A DNA stretch of 64,000 nt from Candidatus Spongiisociaceae bacterium (GTDB lineage Bacteria > Actinomycetota > Acidimicrobiia > Spongiisociales > Spongiisociaceae): contig OZ241841.1 in the NCBI GenBank assembly GCA_965202665.1, positions 1,472,001-1,536,000 on the forward strand. The letters run 5' to 3'. Position numbers and translations under genes: made by a program. Positions within the stretch are counted from its first letter, which is position 1; each line of letters opens with the position of its first letter. Below the pieces are notes generated by a model that saw only the letters and a program-made list of their open reading frames with translations, ran no database searches and had not been told where the DNA came from. Shown here in pieces: positions 38,065-48,367 of the stretch.

Positions 38065-38915
38065 CCCGGACCGCCCGGGACGGCGGCCCGCAACTCTTCC
38101 AGGACGGAGTCGGGCACCGCCAAGTCGCCCCGGCCCACTCCTACCCGCACCCCCGGCCGGTAGTCGCCGTGGAAGTCGGAGCCGCCCGAAGCCAGCAAGC
38201 CGAATTTGGCGGCCCGAGCGGCCATCTTCCGGCGCAGAGAAGGTTCGTATTCGCCGTAGTGGCATTCCACTCCGGTCAGGCCCCAGTCGGCCATTCGCTC
38301 CCAAGCGGACGCGTATTGGCGGGCTCCGTCGATGCCCAGGGTGTGGGGGTGGGCCAGGATGGAGACCGCCCCGGACTCCCGGGCCAGCCGGATGGCTTCC
38401 CGGGGGGCCAAGCGGGGGCGGCCGGCGTAGGCGGGGCGGCCCCGGGCCAGAAAAAGGTCGAAGGCGGCCGTCATGTCGGGAACGTATCCTTTGCGCGCCA
38501 TCAGGGCCGCGATGTGGGGGCGCCCGGCGCTTTCGCCGCCCGTCTCCGCCCGCAGTTCCTCTTCGGCCACCGGCATGTCCAACTCCCGCAGACGGTCCAG
38601 GATGACCCGGTTGCGGGCTTCCCGCCCGTCGCGCAGGCCCGCCAGCCGATCCTGCAACGGTCCGGGGCCGGGGGACAGAAAGAGAACCAGGATATGCATG
38701 GTTCCCGGCTCCCATTCGCAGGAAAGTTCCACCCCCGGTATCAGTTCCAACCCCAGCCGTTCCGCCTCCCGCCCGGCCCGGGCCGCGCCCCCCAGGGTGT
38801 CATGATCGGTAAGGGCGGCCGCCGTCAGCCCCGCCCCGGCCGCCAGCCGCATCACCTCCTCCGGGGAGCGGGTTCCGTCGGAGACGGTGGAATGGGTGTG
38901 CAGGTCGACCGCCAT
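38061..38915 (-). CDS. PHP domain phosphoesterase (TrpH/YciV-like)
   Basis: DLHTHSTVSDG, LTDHD, GRPHIA, LAHP, GGSDFHG. Confidence 0.9.
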   Translation of the reverse strand: MAVDLHTHSTVSDGTRSPEEVMRLAAGAGLTAAALTDHDTLGGAARAGREAERLGLELIPGVELSCEWEPGTMHILVLFLSPGPGPLQDRLAGLRDGREARNRVILDRLRELDMPVAEEELRAETGGESAGRPHIAALMARKGYVPDMTAAFDLFLARGRPAYAGRPRLAPREAIRLARESGAVSILAHPHTLGIDGARQYASAWERMADWGLTGVECHYGEYEPSLRRKMAARAAKFGLLASGGSDFHGDYRPGVRVGVGRGDLAVPDSVLEELRAAVPGGPG

Positions 38916-38935
38916 CGGGGACCCGGCGGTTCACC

Positions 38936-39181
38936 TCAAGAGTCGGCGGGGGCTGCGGAGTCGTCGGCGGGGATGACGGCGTCGGCGGGCGGGGGAAAAG
39001 TCGTTTCCGACGGTTGGTCGGTTGCTCGGCCGCCCAGCCAGAAAATCCCCACCAGCACGATGAGGGCCGCCGCTCCGATAATCAGCCGCCTGCGCCATTT
39101 GGCGGCGTTGTCGCGCCGTCGTTGCGCTTCCTGTTTCGCCTGCCGGTTTTCCCGTTGGCGCGTCCGTTTCTCCGAGCCCAT
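38936..39181 (-). CDS. small membrane protein resembling the N-terminal anchor of actinobacterial PpiB cyclophilins
   Basis: Basic helix MGSEKRTRQRENRQAK, one TM helix, Pro/Asp/Ala tail. Confidence 0.55.
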   Translation of the reverse strand: MGSEKRTRQRENRQAKQEAQRRRDNAAKWRRRLIIGAAALIVLVGIFWLGGRATDQPSETTFPPPADAVIPADDSAAPADS

Positions 39182-39317
39182 TAGCCTCAGTTTAGACAAT
39201 CCGACCGGCGGCGGGTTTGCGGATCCGGCAACCGGGCGGTTTCAATAGACTGGACGGACAGGCCGGTTCGCGGGCGGGGCGCGGGCGTCCGGCCGGAGCG
39301 AACAAGCGAGGAAGCGC

Positions 39318-40556
39318 ATGCCCTTGGTGGTGCAGAAATACGGCGGCACGTCGGTGGCCGACCCGGAGCGGATACGCAATGTGGCCCGCCGGGTGGCCTC
39401 GGCCCGGCGAGCCGGAAACGAGGTGCTGGTGGTGGTGTCGGCCATGGGCTCCGCCACTGACGACTTGCTGGCCTTGGCCAACCGGGTCAGCTCCCGTCCG
39501 CCGCCCCGGGAGTTGGATATGCTGCTCACCGCCGGGGAGCGCATCTCCATGGCTTTGCTGGCCATAGCCTTGCACGACCAGGGGGTTTCGGCGGTGAGCC
39601 TGACCGGGTCGCAGGCGGGCATTCTCACCGACGCCGTGCACGGTTCGGCCAAAATAACCGGCATTCGGGGGTCCCGGGTGCGGGAGGGGCTGAGCGAAGG
39701 GAATGTGGTGATCGTGGCCGGATTTCAGGGAGTGGACCCCAATTCCCGGGAGGTGACCACCCTGGGGCGGGGCGGCTCCGACGCCACCGCGGTGGCCCTG
39801 GCGGCCGCGCACCGGGCCGAGGTTTGCGAGATATACACTGATGTGGACGGGGTTTACACCGCCGATCCCCGGGCGGCGCCCGAGGCCCGCAAACTGGACG
39901 AGGTTTCGTTCGAGGAGATGCTGGAGTTGGCCGCCTCCGGGGCGGGGGTGTTGATGGCCCGGTCGGTGGAAGTTGGACGGCGGTTCAACTTGCCCATCCA
40001 TGTGCGCTCCTCGTTCACGGAGGAGCCGGGCACTTGGGTCAAGGAGAAGACGATGGAACAAGCGATCATCAGCGGCATAGCCCACGACACATCCCAGGCG
40101 AAGATCATGGTGCGGGGGGTTCCGGACAGTCCGGGGGTGGCGGCCGCCCTGTTCGAAGGGATGGCGGAGGCCAACGTCAACGTGGACATGATCGTGCAAA
40201 ACGTGGGGCGGGACGGGGCGGCCGACATAAGTTTCACGGTTCCCGAAGCCGACGCCGGGGCGGCCCGGCAAGTGGCCGAACCGCTCGCCGAACGGCTGGG
40301 GGCGGCCGGGGTGGCGGTCAACGAGGCCATCGCCAAAGTGTCGCTGGTGGGGGCGGGGATGAAGACCAGCCCGGGGGTGGCGGCCCGCATGTTCCGCGCC
40401 CTGTCCGACTCCGGGATCAACATCGAAATGATTTCCACTTCCACTATCCGCATTTCGTGCGTGGTGTCGCGGGACGACGCCGAGGCGGCGGTGCGGGCCT
40501 TGCACGGCGAGTTCGAACCGCCGCTCATCACCGAGGAGACGGGCGCCGATGGGTAG
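39318..40556 (+). CDS. ask: aspartate kinase
   Basis: [24 protein letters not shown]; internal MEQAIISG (beta-subunit start); ACT domains. Confidence 0.95.
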   Translation: MPLVVQKYGGTSVADPERIRNVARRVASARRAGNEVLVVVSAMGSATDDLLALANRVSSRPPPRELDMLLTAGERISMALLAIALHDQGVSAVSLTGSQAGILTDAVHGSAKITGIRGSRVREGLSEGNVVIVAGFQGVDPNSREVTTLGRGGSDATAVALAAAHRAEVCEIYTDVDGVYTADPRAAPEARKLDEVSFEEMLELAASGAGVLMARSVEVGRRFNLPIHVRSSFTEEPGTWVKEKTMEQAIISGIAHDTSQAKIMVRGVPDSPGVAAALFEGMAEANVNVDMIVQNVGRDGAADISFTVPEADAGAARQVAEPLAERLGAAGVAVNEAIAKVSLVGAGMKTSPGVAARMFRALSDSGINIEMISTSTIRISCVVSRDDAEAAVRALHGEFEPPLITEETGADG

Positions 40557-41562
40557 CAGGCTGGCGGTGGCGGGGGCCACCGGGGCGGTGGGACGCACCA
40601 TGTTGTCCGTTTTGGAGGAGCGGGACTTTCCGGTCTCGGAGTTGCGGTTGCTGGCCTCGGCCCGCTCGGCCGGTTCCAAAATTTCCACCCGGTGGGGGGA
40701 GGCGGAAGTGGAGGATCTGGCTTTGGCCGACCCGTCCGGAGTGGACATCGCCCTGTTTTCGGCGGGAGGGGACCGCAGCCGGGCCCACGCCCCCCGGTTC
40801 GCCGAGGCGGGGGCGGCGGTGGTGGACAACTCTTCCGCTTTTCGCCGTCGGCCGGATGTGCCGCTGGTGGTGGCCGGGGTGAACGACCACGCCCTAGCGG
40901 GCCATGCGGGGCTGATCGCCAATCCCAACTGCACCACCATGGGCCTGCTGATGGCGGCCGCCCCCTTGCATCGGCGGGCGGGTTTGGCGCGGATGGCGGT
41001 CGCCTCCTACCAGTCGGTTTCCGGTTCGGGGATGGCCGGGATGGAAACCCTGCTGGCGCAGACCGGGGCCTTTTTGGAGGAACGGGACTCTTTGACCGCC
41101 GGGGGTTGGACGGAGCCGGAGACCGGCCCCTATCAGAGGCCCATCGGGTTCAACGTGGTGCCGTTGGCCGGTTCCATCACCGAACAGGGATATACCGATG
41201 AGGAGTGGAAACTGGTGCATGAGACTCGCAAGATTCTGGAGCGGGACGACATCGCCATTGAAGCCACCTGCGTGCGGACGCCGGTGCTGGTCGGGCACGG
41301 GACGTCGGCGGTGATGTGGTTCGACCGCCCGATGTCCCCGGAGGAGGCCCGGGCGGCTCTGGCGGAAGCCCCGGGAGTGGAAGTGTGGTCCGACGACCGG
41401 GTGCCCACCCCGTTGGATTCGGCGGGGGCGGACAATGTGCTGGCGGGCCGCATCCGGGCCACGGTGGGGGAGCCGGGGGGGATCAGCCTGTGGGCGGTGG
41501 CGGACAACCTGCGCAAAGGGGCGGCCCTCAACGCGGTGCAGATCGCGGAGATGCTGCTATGA
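40549..41562 (+). CDS. asd: aspartate-semialdehyde dehydrogenase
   Basis: [31 protein letters not shown]. Confidence 0.95.
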   Translation: MGSRLAVAGATGAVGRTMLSVLEERDFPVSELRLLASARSAGSKISTRWGEAEVEDLALADPSGVDIALFSAGGDRSRAHAPRFAEAGAAVVDNSSAFRRRPDVPLVVAGVNDHALAGHAGLIANPNCTTMGLLMAAAPLHRRAGLARMAVASYQSVSGSGMAGMETLLAQTGAFLEERDSLTAGGWTEPETGPYQRPIGFNVVPLAGSITEQGYTDEEWKLVHETRKILERDDIAIEATCVRTPVLVGHGTSAVMWFDRPMSPEEARAALAEAPGVEVWSDDRVPTPLDSAGADNVLAGRIRATVGEPGGISLWAVADNLRKGAALNAVQIAEMLL

Positions 41563-42326
41563 CGCAAACGGACGATTTCATCACCGAATTCACTCCCCCT
41601 GAACCGGAGTTCGGCACCGCCGCCCAATTGCGGGCCCACCGCCGGCGGCAGGTGGCACTGTCCTATCGGATTTTCGCCGCTTTGGGGTGGGGGACTTTGG
41701 GGGATGGGCATATCACCGCCCGCGACCCGGAGGAACCCAACGCCATGTGGTTGCTCCGATACGATGTTCCGTTCCGCCGGGCCGCCGTTTCCGACCTGGT
41801 GTTGGTAGGGCCGGGCGGGAGGTTGCTGGCGGGGGAGGGGCCGATTAACATGACCGCCTATTACATTCACGCCCCCATACACGAGGCCCGCCCGGAGGTG
41901 GTTGCGGTAGCCCACACCCACACCCCCTACGGCACCCCGTGGGCGGCCCGGGGGGAGCGGTTGCGGATGATATGCCAGGAGGCCACCGCCTTTTACCGGG
42001 ACCACTATGTGTTTGAAGGGGAGGAGGTGCAGGTGATGGACGCCGACGCCGGCAAACGGATCGCCCATTCTTTGGAGGACGGCAAGGCGGTGATTCTGCG
42101 CCGCCACGGGCCGGTAACCGTGGGGAGGTCGGTGGAGGAGGCCATCGGCTGGTTCCTGCTGATGGAACGGGCGGCCGAAGTGCATGTGAAAGCGGAGGGG
42201 GCGGAGCCGATCAGCGACGAGGCGGCGGCGACGGCGGCGTCCGAGATCGGGCATCTGTCCAACGCCCTTTTGGCCTACCGGCACGCGATGATGTCGCTCG
42301 TTCCCGATTCGGCGGAGGCGGGGTAG
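41559..42326 (+). CDS. class II aldolase/adducin family protein
   Basis: GHITARDP, IHAPIH, AHTHT, ILRRHG; ATG overlaps the asd stop. Confidence 0.87.
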   Translation: MTQTDDFITEFTPPEPEFGTAAQLRAHRRRQVALSYRIFAALGWGTLGDGHITARDPEEPNAMWLLRYDVPFRRAAVSDLVLVGPGGRLLAGEGPINMTAYYIHAPIHEARPEVVAVAHTHTPYGTPWAARGERLRMICQEATAFYRDHYVFEGEEVQVMDADAGKRIAHSLEDGKAVILRRHGPVTVGRSVEEAIGWFLLMERAAEVHVKAEGAEPISDEAAATAASEIGHLSNALLAYRHAMMSLVPDSAEAG

Positions 42327-42337
42327 GTTCTTACCGG

Positions 42338-42411
42338 TCGGGCAGGCGGGATTTGAACCCGCGACCTCTTCGTCCCGAACGAAGCGCGCTGCCAAGCTGC
42401 GCCACTGCCCG
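42338..42411 (-). tRNA. tRNA-Pro(CGG)
   Basis: CGGGCAG/CTGCCCG acceptor stem, CTTCG-TTCGGGA-CGAAG, GGTTCAAATCC; TATAAT just upstream. Confidence 0.95.
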
Positions 42412-42560
42412 TAATCCCCATTATAAACCCCAAAAGCCCCTCCCGCGCCGCGGAGACGCCGCGCGGGCTTACCCCTGTAGGTATGCGATGGCGTTGCGCA
42501 GATGGTCTCCGCCGTTTTTGAACCGGCCCAGCCCGGTGTTGCTGGTTACGTGGCCGCCCA

Positions 42561-42890
42561 TTGAGCGAACCCGCGGTTCGGTGGAGGCGGCGGGTGGAGT
42601 CCCGGATCGGTCGGGGGGCCGTTCCGTCGGGGGGCTGTAAACGGGTGCCTGTATGGTCGCTGGTGCTGGCGTTTCTATCTGGGGTGGTTATGGTTTTAAC
42701 GTTTACGGTCAACGGGGTTGCGTTTGCGTTCCTTCTGCGGGTGTTCCCAATGTGGCGGCGGCGATGGCTTTATATGTTTGTCGGATATTCGTGCACGTCG
42801 GTAGCGTTTTGGTGGAATATGAGGTTGTGGATAGGGCCGGATTTCTTTGGGATTTCTGTCAATCTGCCGCCGCCCTGGAGCGGTGGCTGA
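42561..42890 (+). CDS. possible small membrane protein
   Basis: Hydrophobic ORF in a T/G-rich atypical region; start and coding status uncertain. Confidence 0.3.
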   Translation: MSEPAVRWRRRVESRIGRGAVPSGGCKRVPVWSLVLAFLSGVVMVLTFTVNGVAFAFLLRVFPMWRRRWLYMFVGYSCTSVAFWWNMRLWIGPDFFGISVNLPPPWSGG

Positions 42891-43156
42891 TGTGCAGGTT
42901 GGCGAACGCGGGGACGAGGGAATGTAAGGTGGCGGTGCGGACGAGCCGACTAGGGATAGTACTCGGGCGGTGGCGTTGTGGTATAATGCGGTGACCGGGT
43001 GTTAGTGGCCCGTGTGGTGAGAGTTTGGAGGTCGTTTTGGCGGCGGCGGTAATGCTATCTGATGATGTTCGGGATGGTTCTTTAGGACTGTTTGACCCGT
43101 CGGGGTGGAATGGGGCGTGGCGCCGGTTGGGGTGGAATTTCTGCTGGCGGGAGGGC

Positions 43157-43792
43157 ATGAGGGAGACTTTCCCGCATTCTTCCCAGTTTTTGGACGGCCT
43201 GCCGGGGCGGGTGCGTGAATATCTGTTGGCGCGGGGGGCGCCGGAGGAGGAGGCGGCTGAGGTGTCGGAGTGGGTGAGGCCGCAGTATTTGGGTCAACGT
43301 GAGTGGTGGGAGGATAGGCGTTTGATTTACGAGGAGCACCCGGAGTTTCTACGTCCGTTTCAGGTGGTGCCGGAGTTGCCGGCGTTGATGCGCCGTCCGG
43401 ATGGCCGGGGGGGTTCCCGGGATTTGGTGCAGTTCTCTAAGGACTGGGCGACTCAACCGGCGGATCGGATGACGATGATGGCCTATCCTCCGCCCGCCGG
43501 GACCGAGTGGGGGATTGCTTGCAGTATCGCGACGGTGGTGCATGCGTTGTGCGATTTGGATGAGATGGTCCCGCCGGATTGGGTGTTTGGGTATCGGTCG
43601 CCGGAGACGATGTTGGTGTGGGGTATGCAGACTGTTGATGGGGCAAGGTTGCGGAGGAAGATCATTGGCAAGTCGCCGCCTGCTTGCGAGTTTCATCGTG
43701 TGTTTTTTACTCGGTCGTTTATTGAGGGTCCGTTGTGGGTTAATCCTCCCTCTGTCCGTAAATATGCTGAAAGGTCGGTTGCTGACCTGTGA
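43157..43792 (+). CDS. hypothetical protein, possibly antitoxin-like
   Basis: GGGAGG RBS before ATG 43157; T-rich codon usage; C-terminal PPP..W..IA..VHALC...PPDWV...PPACEFHRVFF. Confidence 0.6.
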   Translation: MRETFPHSSQFLDGLPGRVREYLLARGAPEEEAAEVSEWVRPQYLGQREWWEDRRLIYEEHPEFLRPFQVVPELPALMRRPDGRGGSRDLVQFSKDWATQPADRMTMMAYPPPAGTEWGIACSIATVVHALCDLDEMVPPDWVFGYRSPETMLVWGMQTVDGARLRRKIIGKSPPACEFHRVFFTRSFIEGPLWVNPPSVRKYAERSVADL

Positions 43793-43891
43793 TGGAGACA
43801 CCTTCCGGTTCTGATCCTACTGAACTCAACGGGCCGCGTATACTCGGTCGGCCTTGGGGGCATATCACGCAGTCTTTCGCCGGGTAGCGTT

Positions 43892-44698
43892 TCACGCCGA
43901 TGCCCGGAGCAACTCCGTCTCCGGCTCCGCATCCCGTAGCCGTTGCCGGGCGATCTCAACGTATTCCTCGGAGATGTCGATTCCCACGTAACGCCGGCCG
44001 AGCAACATGGCCATTTTGCAGGTCGTTCCCGACCCGCACATCGGGTCCAGCACCACATCCCCTTCGTTGTTCCAAGACAGGATGTGCTCCGCGGCCAGTT
44101 TTTCGGGAAAGACCGCCGGATGTTGAAAGGCGATCTTGTCCTTGGTGGCGCCCCCGTTGCCTACCGCATAGGCCCAGATGTTGGTGCGGGTTTTCTCCTC
44201 TTTCAGGACCGCTTTGCGTTTGCGGTTGATTCCGTCCGGCCGCTTGTTGAAGGTCAGCATCTCCTCCCCGTTGCGGACGGTGGGCGTTTTCAAAGGGTTG
44301 AAAGTTTTGGGAGGCCCCCCTTTGGAGAGCACGAACATGAACTCCCAGCAGTTGGTGTAGGCGTTGGACCGCATAAACGGGGTGTTCTTTTTCTGATAGA
44401 TCATCACATCATGCACCAAGAAGCCGATGTCTTGGAACATCACCGCCTGCCGAAAGCTGGTCATGGACCGGCCGCCCCGGTAGCGGTCCCCCACCACCCA
44501 AACCACCACCCCGCCTTTTTTGGTCACCCGCAACAGCTCCCGGGTCGCCCTCTCGGCGTCGAACCGGTAACCCCGGTAGTCGCGCAATCCGTCGTAGGGG
44601 GGCGAGGTCACGGTCAGGTCAATGGAGTCGTCGGGGAAGCCGCCCATCGCCTCCGTACAGTCGCCGATGTAGAAACGGTTCGTTTCCAGCGGTTCCAC
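43892..44698 (-). CDS. site-specific DNA methyltransferase, beta class (probably N4-cytosine)
   Basis: Motif IV TSPPY precedes HPAVFP and motif I LDPMCGSGTT; AAAGGAGG RBS. Confidence 0.9.
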   Translation of the reverse strand: MEPLETNRFYIGDCTEAMGGFPDDSIDLTVTSPPYDGLRDYRGYRFDAERATRELLRVTKKGGVVVWVVGDRYRGGRSMTSFRQAVMFQDIGFLVHDVMIYQKKNTPFMRSNAYTNCWEFMFVLSKGGPPKTFNPLKTPTVRNGEEMLTFNKRPDGINRKRKAVLKEEKTRTNIWAYAVGNGGATKDKIAFQHPAVFPEKLAAEHILSWNNEGDVVLDPMCGSGTTCKMAMLLGRRYVGIDISEEYVEIARQRLRDAEPETELLRASA

Positions 44699-44870
44699 AG
44701 CCTGCCTCCTTTGGTTGCCTGTTTCATCCCGGCGATTACTTTATGTAGTTCGTCACGGAGGGCCGAGTCGGGATTACGGCCGCTTTCCTTTTGATATTTA
44801 ACGTAGGACGGGGGTGTGACAAAAACCTCAAGTCCGGCAAATCTTCGTTGGCGGCCGGGGACGCCCCCGG

Positions 44871-46151
44871 TTATTCGGATTCGGAGGGGGCCGGGGCGGG
44901 GAGGCGGCGCACCCGCAGTTTGCTGATGCGGCGGCGGTTCATGGCCAGCGCGGTCAAAGTCAGGTTGCGGTATTTCACTTGGTCGCCCGGTTGGGGGATG
45001 TGTCCGTACTGGTAGAAGAACAGCCCGGCCAGGGTGGAGTAGGGGCCGTCCTCGATTTCCTCCCCCACCGCCTCCTCCAAATCATCGATGGGAAGGCCCC
45101 CGTCGGCGATCCACGACTGCGGCCCGATGGGGAGCAGGGTCGGATGGCGGGGGTCGTATTCATCCGCCAAATCCCCCACCAACTCGCCCACCAGGTCTTT
45201 GACGGTTACCAGGCCTTCCACCCCGCCGTGTTCGTCCAGCACCACCGCCATCCCGGTGCGGCGGGCCCGCAGGTCCTGCAACACCCGCATCACCGGGGCG
45301 CTTTCCGGCGCGTAGTGGGGTTCCCGCAACGTTTCCCCCACCTCGGCCGCCGACAGGTCCCGGCGGTGCTGGAGCACGTCTTTGGCGTACAAAATCCCCT
45401 GGATGGAGTCCAAATCCCCTTCCTTTCCGATCACCGGAAACCGGGAGTGGGCGGTGTCGGCCACCGCCCGGCCCACCTGTTCGGAGGTGACCGGCAGAGT
45501 CAAGGTCACGATGTCCACCCGGGGTGTCATTATTTCCCGCACCGGTTGGTCGGCCGCCTCGAATAGGCGCTCGATGATTTGCCTCTCCCCCCGGTCGATG
45601 TCGCCGCTCTGTTCGCCCAACGCCGCCAAAGCCCGGATGTCGGCCGGGGTGATGGACTGCCCGCCTCCCCGTTCTATGCGCAACAGGCGCAAAATCCCCC
45701 TCCCCAAACCCACGAACAGCCGGGACAGGGGGCCGATTCCCACCGCCAGGCCCCGGATGGGGGTGGCGGCGATCAGGCCGTAGCGCTCCGGGCGGCGGGC
45801 GGCCAAAGTTTTGGGGGTCACCTCCCCGAAGATCAGCACCAGCACGGTCACCGTCAGGGTGGACAGGACCGTTCCCCATCCTTCCCCCACCAAGGATATG
45901 GCGATGACGGAGGCCAGGGAGGTAGCCAGGATGTTGACGAAGTTGTTGGCGACGAGAATGGCGCTGATGGAGCCTTCCAAATCGTCGACCAGGATTTGCA
46001 GGCGCCGCCCACTTTTTCCGGTGGCCGCCAGTTGGTGGATGCGCTCCCGGGGGACGGCGGTCAAGGCGGTTTCGCTGCCGGATAGAAACCCGGAGGCCAG
46101 CAGGCACAGCCCGAATACGGCCAGCAGGATGATGCGCGCCGCGTCGGTCAT
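44871..46151 (-). CDS. hemolysin family CNNM/CBS/CorC-domain protein
   Basis: FLSGSETA, FGEVTPK, IMTPR, HSRFPV, DEHGG, DEYD, TLAG. Confidence 0.9.
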   Translation of the reverse strand: MTDAARIILLAVFGLCLLASGFLSGSETALTAVPRERIHQLAATGKSGRRLQILVDDLEGSISAILVANNFVNILATSLASVIAISLVGEGWGTVLSTLTVTVLVLIFGEVTPKTLAARRPERYGLIAATPIRGLAVGIGPLSRLFVGLGRGILRLLRIERGGGQSITPADIRALAALGEQSGDIDRGERQIIERLFEAADQPVREIMTPRVDIVTLTLPVTSEQVGRAVADTAHSRFPVIGKEGDLDSIQGILYAKDVLQHRRDLSAAEVGETLREPHYAPESAPVMRVLQDLRARRTGMAVVLDEHGGVEGLVTVKDLVGELVGDLADEYDPRHPTLLPIGPQSWIADGGLPIDDLEEAVGEEIEDGPYSTLAGLFFYQYGHIPQPGDQVKYRNLTLTALAMNRRRISKLRVRRLPAPAPSESE

Positions 46152-46176
46152 CGTTTTCCCCCGCAGGCGGCGCGGA

Positions 46177-46536
46177 TCAGGCCTCCGCTCCGGCCGCGGC
46201 CGGCCCCCCCAGCGCGGAACGCAGTTCCTGGGCGGTGAAAGGCTTCAGAAGCCAGCCGTCGGCCCCGGCCCGGCGGGCCAGGAACTCGTCCGCCCGGCGG
46301 TCCAGCAACAGGATTATGGGGGTCCCGGCGGGCAAGGTCCCTTTCAGGGCCCGGATGACGGCCATCCCTCCCATGGAGCCCACCTGCATGTCCACCAGGG
46401 CAGCTTCGGCTTCGGGCGCCTCCATTTGCTCCACCAGCCCCGGGTCGGTTATTTCCATCAGCTCGGCCCATCCGCCCAGGACGGCCCGCACCCGGTTTCT
46501 GACCCAGGGGGCGTCGGCTACTACCATCACTTTCAC
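46177..46536 (-). CDS. single-domain response regulator receiver
   Basis: LVDMQVGSMGG, AGADGWLLKPF; no output domain. Confidence 0.8.
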   Translation of the reverse strand: MKVMVVADAPWVRNRVRAVLGGWAELMEITDPGLVEQMEAPEAEAALVDMQVGSMGGMAVIRALKGTLPAGTPIILLLDRRADEFLARRAGADGWLLKPFTAQELRSALGGPAAAGAEA

Positions 46537-46613
46537 CTCCCCGACTCTAGCCGAATTCGGCGCCTGCGCGTTGCGCGGCGGCCGGCCGGCGGCGATGTTC
46601 TAACATCTGGGCA

Positions 46614-47906
46614 ATGCGCCCCCGGGTCCTCCCCGTTCTCTTGTTGCTGGCCGGCCTCCTGTCCTTCCCGGCGGCCTCCGCGTCCGGTCAGGACGCGGCC
46701 CGGGTGGACGTTATAGAAATCACCGGCCACCTGGACTGGTCGGCGGTGCGGTTTCTGGACGGACGGTTGGACGCCGCCGCCCAAGCCGGGTCGGTGGCGG
46801 CCGTCATTCAACTGGACTCCCGGGCTTCCCTGTCCCGGGATGTGCATCATCTGATCACCCGCCTGGCCGACCCGCCGTTGCCGGTGGCGGTGTGGATCGG
46901 CCCCGCCCCCGCTTACGCCTACGGGGGGGCGGCCCATCTGTTGGCGGCCGCCCCCATCCGGGCCGCCGCCCCGGGGGCCCGCATCGGTTTTTCCCAGCCG
47001 GTGGTGGCCGGCGAATCCGACTCCGGGGGATGGCGGACGGCCCCCAGCGCCCCCGGCCCGCCCGCCGGTTACCGGAGCCGGGCGGTGGAGGTGACGGAGC
47101 CCATCGCCGGGTTGGTGGACGTAGTGGCCCCTTCCCTCAACAACCTGTTGGTGGAAATGGACGGGATGACGGCGACGGTGCGGGGATCGGAGGTGGTTTT
47201 GGACACGGTGCGGGAAACGGCCGACGGAACCGCCGCCCTGCCGGCCGTGTTCTCCGAACCGGGTTTGGGAACGAGAACCTTGCGCATCGCCGTCGGAGCG
47301 GAGGCGGCTTTCTTCTTTCTGGTGACCGGGTTGGCCGTGGCCGCCTTCGAGTTTTACGCCCTAGGGCCGGGCATCGCGGCCGGGGTGGCCGCCCTGTGCC
47401 TGCTCATCGCCGGTTACGGGCTGGGGTCGTTGCCGTTGCGGTGGTGGGCCGTGGCGCTCACTTTGGCGGCGCTGGCGGCGATGACCGCCGATTTTCAGCG
47501 GGGCCGGGCCGGGCCGCTCACCGCCCTGGGGGCGGGGATGTTGTTCGCGGGCGGGTTGTTTTTCACCGACGCCGCCCCCCAGATCGTCCCCTCCTGGTGG
47601 ATTGTGGCCTTAATGGTTCTTTCCGTCGCCGCCTTCTACGTGTTCGCCATGCGCACCGTGGCCCGGGCCCGTTTCTCCACGCCCGCCATCGGCCGGGGAT
47701 ACCTGGTGGGGCGGCGGGGACGGGCGGTGACCCGGTTCGCCCCGGACGGGGTGGTGGAAGTGGACGGGGCCCGTTGGCGGGCCACCGCCGCCCGCGCCGC
47801 GGGTTTGGCGGAGGGCGATGAGGTGATGGTGGAAGAAGTTCAGGGGGCGTTTCTGGCCGTGGCCCCGGCCGAGCCCCCGCCCTCCCCCGCCGCCCCCCCG
47901 GATTGA
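46614..47906 (+). CDS. NfeD family protein (ClpP-like N-domain, TM region, OB-fold)
   Basis: PVAVWIGP, APGARIG, TM cluster, C-terminal DGVVEVDGARWRA. Confidence 0.82.
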   Translation: MRPRVLPVLLLLAGLLSFPAASASGQDAARVDVIEITGHLDWSAVRFLDGRLDAAAQAGSVAAVIQLDSRASLSRDVHHLITRLADPPLPVAVWIGPAPAYAYGGAAHLLAAAPIRAAAPGARIGFSQPVVAGESDSGGWRTAPSAPGPPAGYRSRAVEVTEPIAGLVDVVAPSLNNLLVEMDGMTATVRGSEVVLDTVRETADGTAALPAVFSEPGLGTRTLRIAVGAEAAFFFLVTGLAVAAFEFYALGPGIAAGVAALCLLIAGYGLGSLPLRWWAVALTLAALAAMTADFQRGRAGPLTALGAGMLFAGGLFFTDAAPQIVPSWWIVALMVLSVAAFYVFAMRTVARARFSTPAIGRGYLVGRRGRAVTRFAPDGVVEVDGARWRATAARAAGLAEGDEVMVEEVQGAFLAVAPAEPPPSPAAPPD

Positions 47907-48008
47907 GAACGCGAAAAAAACATTACGGGTTTTGCCGCGCCGCCCAATTCCGGTGTAGGGTTGGCGATTACAACCTGGCAGGCGGAGATGAGGAGGAGGG
48001 CGTTTCCC

Positions 48009-48263
48009 ATGTCACATGAAGATTCTTGGCAGTCGCGGGCCCGTTGCCGGGATAGCCACGCGCACCTGTTTTTCCCCCGGTCCGCCGTCGAGCGCAAAGA
48101 GGAGCGCGAAAACCGCGAGCGGCGCGCCCAGGCCATTTGCCGGGTGTGCACCGTGACCCAGGAATGCCTGGACTTCGCGCTCGACATCCAGGAGCCCTAC
48201 GGCATCTGGGGGGGCCGCACCGAGGCCCAACGCCGGGAGCTCCTAGCCGGAGCCGCAACCTAA
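48009..48263 (+). CDS. WhiB family transcriptional regulator (WhiB3/WhiD-like)
   Basis: Four Cys (ARC, ICRVC, QEC), LFF, EPYGIWGG. Confidence 0.9.
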   Translation: MSHEDSWQSRARCRDSHAHLFFPRSAVERKEERENRERRAQAICRVCTVTQECLDFALDIQEPYGIWGGRTEAQRRELLAGAAT

Positions 48264-48367
48264 CCCCCTTCCAAGCAGGTTCCAGCAGACGGAACGCCGC
48301 GGGAGGGGTAAGCGTAAGATAAACGAGAGAAAGCTTGGTTATACCAGATTTGGGTAAAGGGAAGGTG

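Noticed and set aside
42338-44860. Integrated prophage or ICE at tRNA-Pro
   Set aside because: The islet lies on the 5' side of the tRNA, with no integrase and no duplicated tRNA 3' end seen.
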